DNA of 64,000 bases from Marsupella aquatica (lineage: Eukaryota > Plantae > Marchantiophyta). Below the pieces are notes generated by a model. It worked only from the letters and a program-made list of their open reading frames with translations. It made no database searches and was not told where the DNA came from. The stretch is from contig OZ316891.1 in assembly GCA_973895155.1 (NCBI GenBank), positions 11,530,771 to 11,594,770 on the forward strand. Direction: 5' to 3'. The position numbers and the translations under genes are program-made. Of this stretch, positions 52,102 to 64,000 are shown one piece after another (positions within the stretch are counted from its first letter, which is position 1; every line of letters begins with the position of its first letter).

Positions 52102-54452
52102 TTACAATTTGATTATTGTACCATGTGCATTGTCCCTAGTCTTAGGCAGCATGGACTTAATTTGATGAACTACTGAACTTTTGTTTTGGGGAAAAAGGGG
52201 GACCTTAATAACACACAAGGGGACAAAAACCACCCGAGAAAGAAACAAACTGCCCAATGCCCAGGAGCCAGAAGGCCCGGCAAACCACACCACACTAAAC
52301 TAAGATATATAAAACACTGCAAACGAACTAAAGGGTTGTACTGAGGAGACAGAATCCCAAAGGCAAGATCCCCCCAAAAGGAGGAAAACAAGGGATCCCA
52401 GGGATACCAAAAGGCCAAGAGCCAACAAGCTCTACAATACCGGAAATATTTTAAAAGAACTAAAGCCCTGCTGAGCTATGAACGAAGAGCTGATTTTTAT
52501 AATAAATGGTCCAGAAATAAAACCACAACAGTTCTGCCTTAGGCAATTGCATATTTGTGACCTGCTTGCAAAGTAATTGTGACAATTGCTTTGTACAATT
52601 TCTACTACTGAATAGATGTAGTTAAATGGTAGGCCCCAACCAAGACATATTCAGGCATAGTCAGCAAATATCATTGCTAGTAAACACGGCATATGCTTAG
52701 CCCTCACGTAATTGTTTTTGTCCCATCTTTTGACCACAAAGGAGAGTCACCCCCTTTTATATTAGTACGTAGAATAAAATCAAATTTGTTTTTAAAAAAT
52801 GTTAATCCACCCAATGATTTTACTATATACACCCCAAATCAAGCTCAACCATTGATAGAACAAAATCACTTCAGATTCTTACATGTCATTAAAATGATGT
52901 AATCAAATCAACTGTACATGGTTCTCCTTTCAACGAGTAAGGTGCCAGGCTACTGAGGACAATGAAGATGTAGAGTTTTCCCAAGGTTTCTGGCACAAAC
53001 TCAAACAACAAAATTGAATGAGTCACCAATGGAAATTGGTTTTCTGCTGTTACATAGAACGAGTCACCAATGCAAAACTGCTTTTGGCTGTTCCATGGAA
53101 ATATAAATTAAAGATTGAATGAGTCATTGCAAAGCTTTTGGACATTTGTGTGATGAATATTTTCCTGATCATATGAGGTTGTGAGAAGAAGGCATGCACA
53201 TCTTTGTACCAAGATTATTTTAAATTTTAATTTTTTAAATTTAAGGGGAAATCTGTGAAACCCCACAGAATGGGAATAGTCAGCCACAAAATGTGAACTT
53301 TAGACCTATGAGTCTCAACTCAAGTGAGCTACCACACAGCCATCCTCTTTGGGCCGTACCAAGATCATTCTAACCAGTGAGATCTCACTTTTCGTGAGTA
53401 TGAAAATAGATTGATCAAACTCTCAATGAGTTTGCATTGTGCCGTTTGCTCATGTCCAAGTTGCACTCCAGTATGGTTCCATTGATGTTCCAATGATTAT
53501 ACTTTTTGGAAGTGTTTCCAAATGCTCCTTGGCTTAATAATTGAATGTGGGATCTCAGACCAAACAAGTCAACCATTCTAGCAAAAAGGGGGTCAGCAAA
53601 GACAAGACGAGAAATGGATAAAGAAACAAAAAATCTATGAACTCTAATCCAATTAGTGACTTTGCCCATTCAAAGGTAAAAATGGTTGTAGTAGGGGACT
53701 TTTTGGCTTTTTGGCTCTTTGGTCTTCCTGGCTTTTTCTTTTTGATTTCTCCTCGTTATCAGGTCTCCTGCCTTTTAGATCCTTTCTCCCCATTCTGCAC
53801 ATGTGTTCTTTGACAGTCTGATATATAAGGTGTCCTCGTTAAAATCGCAGAAAGGACATGGATATTCCCCATTAGGATAAAGCTTATGATTGCTAGAGAC
53901 GTACAATGGACAACTCAGGCTTGGACCTGCCATAGTATCAAGAAGATCCATTAACTTTGGTGTTTCCAAAAATCTTGTGCACCAATGGGGCAAGAGATGG
54001 CTTGATCTAAGAGATACTACAAGAGAACATTAGCAAGTTGTTGGCAAGATGTTTTTGTTGAAGTATGACGTCTTCCTTCATGACGATACAATCATGACTC
54101 ATACCATGCTCACGTAATAGACACAATCCATATTGGTTCACCTCTTCTCTAAGGCTACATCCACACAAACATGAAAGCTTTACTTCAGAGTAGTTGAACA
54201 CACAAGCTCTCTCTTCCTCAAGTTGCTTCGTTACAATGAGCAAGCAGCATGTACCAGCGGTTTACACTAGCCCTGGTATATGCAAGGTCACACATGACTA
54301 ACCTAACCTCAGCTAAGTCCCTAAATGTGGTTAGCCTAATTGTCGTAATCTATGAGTCACAAGACTTAGAGCAATCCTTAACAGTTTTTAACACAACTTA
54401 CTTCAACTTTCAGTTCTGCATATGGTCTATTTTTTTCTCAACATGACAAAAT

Positions 54453-54790
54453 TGTTGAACAATCTACCCCTATCCATAAGACAACATGCACATGTGTAAC
54501 ATCCAATGAACACATAATTGATACAAGAGATATGTGATTCACCTTACGAGATTATGTCCAAGGGCACACACAAGAGAGCTATATTGAGCTCTGAGTCCTT
54601 CTGTCACATCAAAAGTACACAGGCTAAGTTCTCCCTATTTCCTAGATGGCTCTGTTACAATAACCACTCACTAAGTTCTGCCAATGACTATAATAGTAGC
54701 ACATATACCCTTAACCAAGTACCTAACTATGATTAGACTAACCACTTATAATTATATAGTAATTCTAGACCTAAGTGTAAATGCCTAACA
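54453..54790 (-). mobile_element. LTR-like unit (338 bp) related to 55815-56158
   Basis: Minus-strand start TGTTAGGCATTTACACTTAGGTCTAG and end TTGTTCAACA match both termini of the 55815 solo LTR; TSD not evident. Confidence 0.65.
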
Positions 54791-55814
54791 ACAACAGATG
54801 GATGATAACATATTTAGTGGTAATATAGGGTACTACTTTTCTTAATTATGGATGAATCAGTGCTATGGTTTGTTGGGAATAGAGCTCACTTAAAAAAATA
54901 ATTCTCTTAACCCTGAACTAGGCATAACACTCAACTTAGTTTGTTTTTCAAGAATAGTGGTGCTAGCATTCTGTGAAAAAGCTAGTGAAGGCCCAGGAGA
55001 ACCCTAAACCCTAACCATATTCTTCCCAAAACATATAAATGCTTTCCAAATTAGAAACTGGAAACCTGGGAAGGCTTCAGGTTTATCAATGAAGTAACTC
55101 AAGAGCAATGCGGGCACTAGCGCCAAATGAAAATGATACTTAGATGGACCTGAAGGTTTGCTGATATGCTTGGATAGACTGTTGCAACAGGCATAGACTG
55201 CATCCAAGCATTGACATTTGATTTGAATGGCACAAATTTACTTGAATTATGCTACAGTTTAAAAAATAGCATGTAAACCAAAATCTAACTGTAACTATGG
55301 ATGATCAACTTTTGAGCTAGATTTCTTTGCAATAGCTCATCTCAAATACTGGTCATTGTAGTGTGTGAGGAAACAGTAAAAAAAATCCTTGCAGGAGCAA
55401 AAACTTTACTCACATGACCCTTAATTTTTCTATATCCAACTACCTTGCTAATGACAACCTGGTTGATAACAGACATTTTTGGGACTCCTTGTTTTGCTAG
55501 CAAACTTGCTAGCCATATGGAGTCATAAAAAAACACAAAAATGGCAAAAGACAGCAAAAATCAAAAGAAATTTAAAATTACTACTGTCTTGCTAACAACA
55601 CTCTCCTTGCAAAGAAAATTCCTGTTTGCTTGCATTATACAATACCTCCTCAAATACGCGGTCAGCATTTGAGGTTTCCAACAAACCAACTTTTGTTGAT
55701 TCCCAGTGCCTTTAGGTTAAGCAGCCAGCCCAATGCCTTGTTCCTATCCTTGTGACTGCAAAGCACACCAGGTTAAACCAAATAAGTTGCATGGTTGAAG
55801 GGCAAATTCCATCT

Positions 55815-56158
55815 TGTTAGGCATTTACTCTTAGGTCTAGGGTTACGACTATAACTATAGTTAAGGTTAACCTTAGTTGCAGACTAGGTTAGGTTAAATA
55901 GGTCACACACTATATCACAAACGGTGTTTGCTTGGATAGAAGGAACTCAGGCTCATTGTTACGAAGCCAGTTGAGAGACATGAAGATCTTGTGTTGTGGA
56001 GACTCGGTATGGTCGATGAGCCTAGAGTGCAGTAAAGCTCTCTTGTGTTCCCTTGGCCGTAGCCTCAACCTGAGGTGAAACACGTATCTCTCTGTGTCGA
56101 CTATTTGTGTGTTGGATGTTCATGGGCTTGCCGTTGTGAATGTTGTCTTTGTTCAACA
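55815..56158 (+). mobile_element. Solo LTR (344 bp)
   Basis: TGTT...AACA termini flanked by perfect 5-bp TSD CATCT (55810-14, 56159-63). Confidence 0.85.
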
Positions 56159-56186
56159 CATCTAAGCTTCAACTTCGGCACCTAGA

Positions 56187-56342
56187 GGTATTTGCTTGAT
56201 GGACTCCCATAATGAAAATTATTACTTGATGGGACCCCTGATCGAGTTTTGGGTACTTTGATTTCTATCAACGGTCTTGATCACTCAAGGGCCCCATAAA
56301 GTAGTAACATTTTTCATTCTGGGGTCCACCAAGCATATAGCT
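56187..56342. mobile_element. Small foldback MITE
   Basis: Long imperfect inverted repeat TGCTTGATGGGACTCCCATAATGAAAA...TGATCGAG / CTTGATCA...TTTTCATTCTGGGGTCCACCAAGCA. Confidence 0.6.
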
Positions 56343-56502
56343 CCCAAATCTAGGGTAAAATAAAATGTTAAGGCAAAACAGCCAAACGGTGCATGTTGTC
56401 TTAAACCACAACTACATATATAAGAGCTAAGGGGTTACATGTAGCTCTCATTTCCACTATGAATGAAAGGATGTGCAAGAGTGTTCGGGTGAGGTATAAC
56501 TT

Positions 56503-56669
56503 TAAGCTGTCACTAGCCAAGACAAAAATGTGGTTGTACACATATTGCACCATTTTTAGTACTTTTTCCCAAAATTGTGGAGCAAAGTCTCACGGTAGAG
56601 GAGAGACCAGTGGCAAAAAAGTGAAAAGTTTTGGACCCTCCTCTTTTTATATGGCCAGTGGTGGTTTAA
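56503..56669. mobile_element. About 165-bp MITE, copy 2
   Basis: Shares CACCATTTTTAG...AAATTGTGGAGCAAAGT...AAAAAGTGA...ATGG(A/C)CAGTGGTGGTTTA with 38931-39092. Confidence 0.7.
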
Positions 56670-59081
56670 GATGGGTAGCTCTCATTTCCAGTATGAATGA
56701 AAGGATGGGCAGGAGTGTTGGACTGAGGTCTACCTTAACCCATTTTTTTCATGGGCGCAATGTTAGAAGAAATGAACAGTAGCCTAGAAGCTCGTCATGG
56801 ATAGGCATCATTGTCGGTGTGCCAAGAGCCCAAGAGCCCAAGAGCCCACACAATCATTACTGTGGATGTGAAGAACAAGAATTGTGGAGAGAGGAATGGA
56901 AACGACAAGACTATTGAGCTGCATGATACCACGAGTCAGGAAAATGCCATCAATCACGGAAAGGATGCTTATTACCTTTGACAAAACCCCTGGTCACAGC
57001 ATCATCCCTGCCCAGGACTGCAGGACAGCAGGAGATTTCTATCACAAGAATTGACTAAACTACTAAAGTAACAGAGGTTGTAGGAAGAGAGTAAGTGGGT
57101 GCCGGTTTACAGTACATGTGGAGCACGTTTGCTGTACATCGGGCCACCATTGCCACACGTAATTGTGGTTGAGTGCAAATGGTCAGAGCGTTCCAAGTCA
57201 GACGGAAGAAGATGGGATGACAGACACAAAAATTGGTACAGAAGAATAAGAAGAAGCAGAAGAAGCTGCTCGAGGTCAGGAATGGGAGTAGGTCATGTTT
57301 GTGGTTGGGACAGGCGATGCCCTGCAACACGCAAAGAGTGTGGCTGACTTAGAGAGAAGATAAGAGAAGCGAAGAGAGGTGGAGGTGCTTGTGCCGAGTT
57401 GGTTTTTGGTTGTTGGGCTGTGCTCTGTTCTGTGAGATTGAGTCGGATCGCGAGATTTATGTGGAAAGAGTTCTTCGCTTCGGTTGGCTCTGTTGACAGA
57501 TAGCAGCAGCTGAGGATGATAGAGACGTCGGATGACGAGAGAGACGAGTGAACGAATGAACTTATCTGGTCTAGTGACCCCAATTGCAGATGCAAGTTAG
57601 ACAGAGCCAGAGAGGAACGGGAAGTATTTCTCGAGTTATATTAATATATGACTGTATGTGACTTTGGTCCTCTTTCCTGACGAGAAGATCCTCAGTACCA
57701 CTGTACTGACTTGAGCTCCCAGTGATCGGTTGCGTGACAAAGAAGAAACAGCTGCTTCCTGTTACAAACAGAACGGGGGAGCATAATTATGATATATTCC
57801 ATCATTCCCATATAAACATGAAGGCGGAATCCTTCGTTGCCTCACCGTCCATGCCAACTCTAAGCTTGTCGTGCTCTCATGCACATTAGCGACGCAGGAG
57901 TGATGGACCCTGTATGTAATGGTAATGTGATTGTTTGAGCAGGGTCAAGCAGTGACCATCCAGATTCGCACTCCATGTCAACCAGATTGAGCAGCCAGTC
58001 TTCACTTAGTAGATGATGGGCTATCACTTACCTCTTTGGTTTCTCATGAGCAAAGATTGGCGTCGACCTATGCCACAGGCTCTCCACCGTCCGTAGAATT
58101 CTATCTACTCGATGTGATCTTGCTTTTTTCGAACCGGGCGAGCTTTGGCGGCAGCCCTGACGACGGAATAAGTCAGTAAGAGCAGCCACTCTACTCTAGT
58201 TGCTTAGGAAAGGAAGACTACAGGAGCTACTGTCGAACTCTTATGTCGGCTGGGAAATCTCATAACGAGGTACAATGCAGTTTGGGATCGTCTGATTCAA
58301 GGCAGGCAGAGACAATTTGTTGTTGGCTGTTTTCATCCACAGCACCTTGATGACATCAATACGCTCTAGTTAATAACATCATTGTGTTCGGGTTGGGAGC
58401 CTCTGATTCAAGGAAGAGACTTTTCATGGTTGGCGCTCTTTGTGCACAGCATTTTGAACATTGATCAATCTAAACCCATCTTCTCAGAGCGTTTGCAATA
58501 GCATGGTGAGGAAGGGATCTTGATAATATTATCGCAATTCAACAAGCAAGCAAGCTCTTGGCGGGCATGTTGTCTGTTTTAATAGGGTAGCCCACAAGCA
58601 TGACAAGCTGGGTCTTGATGCCCTGCCATAACTTTCTTCTTCTTCATCCCAGTTTGTCGGTGGCAGAGCGGACCCAAGCCATATAGAAATGAATCACACT
58701 CTGCAGACTGCATCATGGATGTTTGTTATGAATTATCCTCTTGAGAGAGACTGACCATTGGCGGTGCTGGCAACTGCTGAGAGGACACACTGACTCGAGA
58801 AAATTGTGGGAGCGGAATTTGGTTGCACAAGTATTCTCCTCCCAGTACGTCAGCGACTCGACCACGTTTTGGAAATGATCTCAGGTTTTGAATCAGCCTT
58901 TGGGGAGGAGTCCTTCGGGAATTGCCGGAAACTGGGTTGTTGATTTTTCTTTGCAGAGTATCACTAGAGACACTGGAAACCCAAATGAAGGGAAATACGT
59001 TTTGCGCCCCCGTGTCCTTGTTTTAGTGGAATTGATTGAGATATTCTTTGTCCAATTGCTGTCTTTCGTTGAATTTGTGAA

Positions 59082-62000
59082 ATGGGTGACTGGAAGTCGC
59101 AAGCACCGGCTGCGCTGGCTGTACCGAGCTACGTGGACGCCAACGATCAGAAGCGCCCTCAATCGGTGGCAAGGTCGCCCTTTTCCGCTGGTGGGGTTCA
59201 GCCATTCCCCATCTTGCACCCAGATAGCCGTCGCACCCCTCATGATCCAGGGTTCTTGGATGGAGCGTCTTCATTGGCACGATTTGGGCTTGACTTCGGC
59301 GGCACTCTCTGCAAAGTTGTGTACTTTGAGCCTGCAGTGAATTCAACCAATGATTCTTCGAGAACATGGAAGCAATCGAAATTTGCTGGCTTCACCGACG
59401 GAGCTGAAAATGGAAAATTGGACAAGGATATTTCAAAACCTGGCGGAATGGTCGATAGGATTGATGTCAACGGGGATATTCAGCAGCCAAGGGGTGGTCG
59501 GTCAGAGGATTCATCATTGAAGAAAACCCCTAAAGAGAGGAATGGTTATATAGGAAATGGGATTGACAGGGAAGCCTCCGTTGTAAGAGTGAATGATGGC
59601 AATGCTGAAGAGCCGATGACCGATGGTCTGGACCGATTTACGATAGCAAATGAAGTGACAACATCTCCAAGGGCGCACGTTGCTGCTAGTGTCCATGTAG
59701 ATAGTGGTCACAGCGTGGAGAATCCGAAGGACAAAAGTGCCAATGGAAAGACCTCCGAAGCTGTTTCTGAGAATTTTCAATGCAGTGGTGATAAACCAAC
59801 CGTTCAGGTCTTTGATCGATACAAGGATGACAGGAGCTCCGGAGGTGGTAGTAGTGGTGAAGATGATCAGGATTCTCATAATCGAGTAAAGAAGATTTGG
59901 GTCTCTAGCCACGAACCTGTCCACCTTCCTGGACGAGGCACATTGTACTTCAAATGCTTTGGTACGTTTTGAGTCTGTTGGATTTACCGTTGCAAACTTG
60001 TTCTCTTCAATTGTGTTTTGCCAGCGGCGGCAATGGGTGAGCTTAAATTGTGGTGCGTCCGAGGAACAAGTGCTGACAGATTTTCCCTCTGCACAGAAAC
60101 TTGGCGAATGGAAGAATTCTTAAACCTTACGAAGGATTATCATTTGATGACCGGAGAACGAGCTATTGGTGCCACAGGGTATGTCCACTTTAGTAATTTC
60201 CTCCTTGTAGCTTTTGTTGTAGTGGCTTTCACGCTACAGGCGAAGGGTCTGTGCTAAACGATGGTTGCAATTAATGGGCTGTCCCTACAGGGGTGGAGCT
60301 CGAAAGTTTGGGGATCGGTTCCTGGAAATTGCTGGGCTCCACCTGCAGCGAGCGGATGAACTGAAAAGGTAGTTCATATTGTTTTGCACGTTGGTTTCAT
60401 TCGTCAATACGTACATCTATACCCCTCACAATGCTTCAAAAGTAGAAATTCAAATAGCATGCTTTTGCCCCAATAGTAAGGAAACAGGCTACTATTACCA
60501 CATTATGTTTCCTCCCCGTCAATGGGCGATTCATTGGAACGTGGCTGGCAAGAGTTTCTAATACAATTACTGGGGATGAGGCATTAAGAACTCTGGAAAC
60601 TTTGTCATGAGTTTTACAAGGACTTTCTTTGCTTCGTTTCATGTCAAATAAATTATTTCGAGGCGTGTAGATTAACATTACAGATGTGAATCTGCTTGGG
60701 GACAGTTTGGTTCGGGGAATTGACTTCCTGGCAAGGCATGCACAGCAGGAGAGCTTTGAATACATCACAGGTAACTTCAATCGCTGAGCGCTAACCCTCA
60801 CTTACGTCTGTGCTTCTTTGTTCTGAATTGCTATTAAAACTTCGATGCTTCTGGCCGTTAGGATTTGGCAATGACGTTGAGACAAATAATGACAACATAC
60901 AGGGTCATATCAAGGAGGTTCAATACAACGGCCCTGGCAGTCACCTGAGAACAGCAGTGATGAGAGCAGTGACACCTCATCCGAAGAAGAATTCTCTCTC
61001 GCTCCAAGTCGAATGGAACCAGGGTCAAAGATTTCCTCCCCTGCAGGAGAGGTTGCCACCGGTGAAGTTGCACCAGCAGAGAGTCATGAAAAAGCACAGA
61101 AATCAAACACCCCAACATTAAAAGGACCAATGATTGCTAAGGTTGATAGTGGATTCTGGAGGGGCGGTGACGTGCCTCTTCACCCGTACCTTGTGGTTCG
61201 TACTTCATCTCATACCTTAGATCCCCCTACAGTACTTGATTATAGTTCGACGCAATATTATAATTAATCTCAATTGCACATCGGAAATTAAGATTGTGAT
61301 TTGGCTCGTTGAACTTGGAAGAAGCTGAAGGCTGATAGTATTTCCAGGGCTTGGGCAAAATTCTTTTTTATCTACACTTCTCACGTTGCATTGATTATGA
61401 TGCAATGAAATTTCTGAACTCGTTTGAAGGGCACCAGAGTCAATAGCAGAATTGCTTTTAAGACCAACTGACGCTCAAATGAATGCTGGACAGTTCTGCA
61501 GGTAATTGCAGTACTCATTCCAGCTGGATCGTACTGCAGGTGAATATAGGTTCCGGTGTCAGTATACTTCGAGTGGACTCGCCAGAAAAATTTGAGCGTG
61601 TTGGAGGAACCAGTCTTGGAGGAAGGTCTGTCACTGTATCTTTTGTTTCAGTACATGCCTGCGTCGTGTTTGACAAGTCCCAGAAGGTTTCATGAGGTTT
61701 TCTAAATGGATGATTTCCTACTTGTCTGAATCAGAAACTGTTTTACCAAAGGATACTTTCTAAATGTTGGTGACAGTTACTGTACATTTATGATTGCAGT
61801 ACTTTCCTTGGTCTGGCGAATGCTCTCACCGGCTGTCAAAGGTTAGTGCCACTTCACTGGCTATTGAAGTTTTTACACGAGTGATCGCTTTTGTGCATCA
61901 TAGATGGATTTGATTCAGCAAACCTGGATTTCTTACCAAGTGTTGTTTGAAATTGAAAGTTACTTATTGCAAATTGTTCTGCTTCATGTAGTTTTGAGGA

Positions 62001-63238
62001 AGCAATCTCTTTGGCCACACAGGGGGATTCAACCCATGTTGATATGGTGGTGGGAGATATTTACGGTAAGTTTCAAGATTCATTGCAGTCTTCGAGTTGA
62101 TGATCTAAGAGATGAGGGGATATATATTGAATGGAATTGATGTGGGGATTGTCAGCAGGTGGTGATTACACGGAAATGGGCCTTGCAGCAACGACTGTAG
62201 CAAGCTCATTTGGAAAGGTTGTGATTGTTTTCTTCCAACTTCGATAAGGAACCGGTAAACCAGAGAAAAAGGAAAATTGTATGTGTGTTGTGAGGGGGCG
62301 GGGGGGCAGAGGAAGGGTCGACCTTATGACAACAATATATACTGGTTTAATACTATTTACTACTACTTTTCGAGCCTCTTCCAAATGAGCTGAATGTCAC
62401 TGCTCTACCACTGTGCTTATGATATTTGTTGCTGTCACAGCTTGTGCTGCCACAAAAAAGTACAGAATCGCAGGATCCACAGCACCTAGCTAAAGCTGCT
62501 CTACTAATGGTGACGAACAACATCGGATCCATAGCCTGGCTACATGCCCGGAATGCGGGTGTTCGTTGTATAATGTTCACTGGAAGCTTTCTCCACAACA
62601 ACAAGGTTGGTTTAGAGAATTTGCCTTCTCCATAAAAAGTACCTCCTTCACCCCTGATAATTAATAATGACTCTGCTTAGGGCTCATGAATATCGGTGCC
62701 GTCAACAAGATCCCTCTTTGGAGCGATGTTTAGTATGGTGTCTGCAAAGGTGATGCATTAATCCAGAAGGACCACACTCTTAGAACAAAGGTTCAGATAG
62801 TATACCTTCGATTGCTAAGGCCTAGATTATGTCCATTGTACATTATTAACTGTGAGATTTGTTTATGTAGCGGTTGTGGCGTGTATCCTTACCTCGATGT
62901 CTGATTATTGTATCTGATCTGCAGCTAGCAATGCGGCTCTTAGCAGTAGCTATGGAGTTTTGGTCTAAAGGCAATATGAAGGTGGGCAGCTTATTTCTCT
63001 GTGGTATAACTTAGCCTTACCTTCGTTTCAGATTGATGTGGTAATGCAACTGCTAGTGTTCAGAGAAGCATGTAGGGCTTAGACGCTCTTCCACAATTGT
63101 GCAGAGCAATCTAGTGACAAGTGTGTTCACACCATACAGGCAGTATTCTTGCGACATGAGGGGCATGCCGGGGCTATGGGAGCTCTTCTAAGTGCATTGG
63201 AGACGTCGAATCCTCTGGATGATCTGCTGCTGACTTGA
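59082..63238 (+). CDS. PANK: Type II (Fumble-family) pantothenate kinase; exons 59082-59961, 60097-60178, 60291-60368, 60706-60770, 60903-61195, 61540-61625, 61800-61841, 61992-62065, 62159-62217, 62441-62605, 62925-62981, 63140-63238
   Basis: FGLDFGGTLCKVVYFEP, ATGGGARKF, DELKSLVRGIDFL, PYLVVNIGSGVSIL, RVGGTSLGGSTFLGL, DMVVGDIYGGDY, VASSFGK, TNNIGSIA, FWSKG, LRHEGHAGAMGALL; all GT-AG and frame-consistent; no C-terminal DUF89 domain. Confidence 0.93.
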
Positions 63239-63702
63239 AGGTGGTTGCAGTAACGCTCTTATTGCTTCGACTGAAAAACGGTTGTGTTGTATTTTGTCGT
63301 TTTACCAAGCAGAAGAATAGCTGGACTCATTTGGGTCATGACCTTAACCTGGCGACTGCTAGCGTGTGGTTATCTGGTGTGGATGATTCATTATCAACAG
63401 CGTGTGCCAGAGGAAAGGGGTCAGTACCTCAATCATTTTAGAGTATCTAGGATAGATCGCCCTTGTACAGAGAGGCTGCTGTCCAATAATTTAGTAGTGC
63501 TCGATCTGACCTCTAGTAATTAGCAATCAGGTTTAACTCAGGTTCTCAAGTCCAGTGAAGAAAAAATGCCGCAGCTTCATTTGTTATTGTAATTTAAGTT
63601 GATGTTGTACTTAATACAACAAAATTCTGTGATATCTAGAACCCGCGTCTCGTCCGGTTGAAGTTAGGACAATGGGTCTGTTGTGTAAACTGAAGCAAAG
63701 CC

Positions 63703-63850
63703 GCTTGTTGGAGTCATTTCTGTGATAGGTTTAGAGAATACAATAAGAGTTGGAATTTTAAGAATACAATAAGAGTTGGAATTTTAAGCTGCTTGTTGGA
63801 GTCATTTCTATGATAGGTTTGGAGAATACAATAAGAGTTAGAATTTTAAG
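63703..63850. repeat. Tandem duplications downstream of PANK (~58-bp unit twice plus an extra 27-bp subunit)
   Basis: GCTTGTTGGAGTCATTTCT...GAGAATACAATAAGAGTT(G/A)GAATTTTAAG repeated. Confidence 0.85.
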
Positions 63851-64000
63851 AATTGCTCTGTGCATATGTAGCATTGGTAGAACTCTGTTATCTCTGCCCC
63901 AATAGCCCATGTTGTCTCTGCCACGACTGATACACAGCAAGCCTACCCTAGCTGCCACGACTTGTCATAAACAATCATGACAACTGCAGGATGGATCTCG

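Noticed and set aside
29550-63238. SPX-MFS, TMEM135 and PANK as a functional gene cluster
   Set aside because: Same orientation but separated by 8-10 kb of TE-rich DNA, with no shared pathway or regulatory evidence.

Overview
Eukaryotic, intron-rich land-plant genomic DNA; gene structure and TE content suggest a non-seed plant such as a bryophyte (inference). Four multi-exon protein genes lie on the + strand, each reconstructed by reading GT-AG junctions: the 3' half of a CAMTA calmodulin-binding transcription activator (11-2549), an SPX-MFS vacuolar phosphate transporter (29550-35424), a TMEM135-family membrane protein (43994-48943) and a type II pantothenate kinase (59082-63238). The kinase motifs look closer to animal PANK1-3 than to the usual angiosperm PANK, and it carries two large low-complexity insertions. 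The intergenic space is TE-rich: an intact-ended young Ty1/copia (Bianca-like) element with 133-bp LTRs, an ATCTT TSD and a half-tRNA-Ile-type PBS, inserted into a Helitron-like tandem array; a complete non-autonomous Helitron keeping a Pif1 helicase tail; several MITEs; three related LTR-like units; LINE remnants; and many short tandem duplications. No rRNA, intact tRNA or CRISPR is seen. No clearly new multi-gene system could be shown; the strongest leads are listed as findings.
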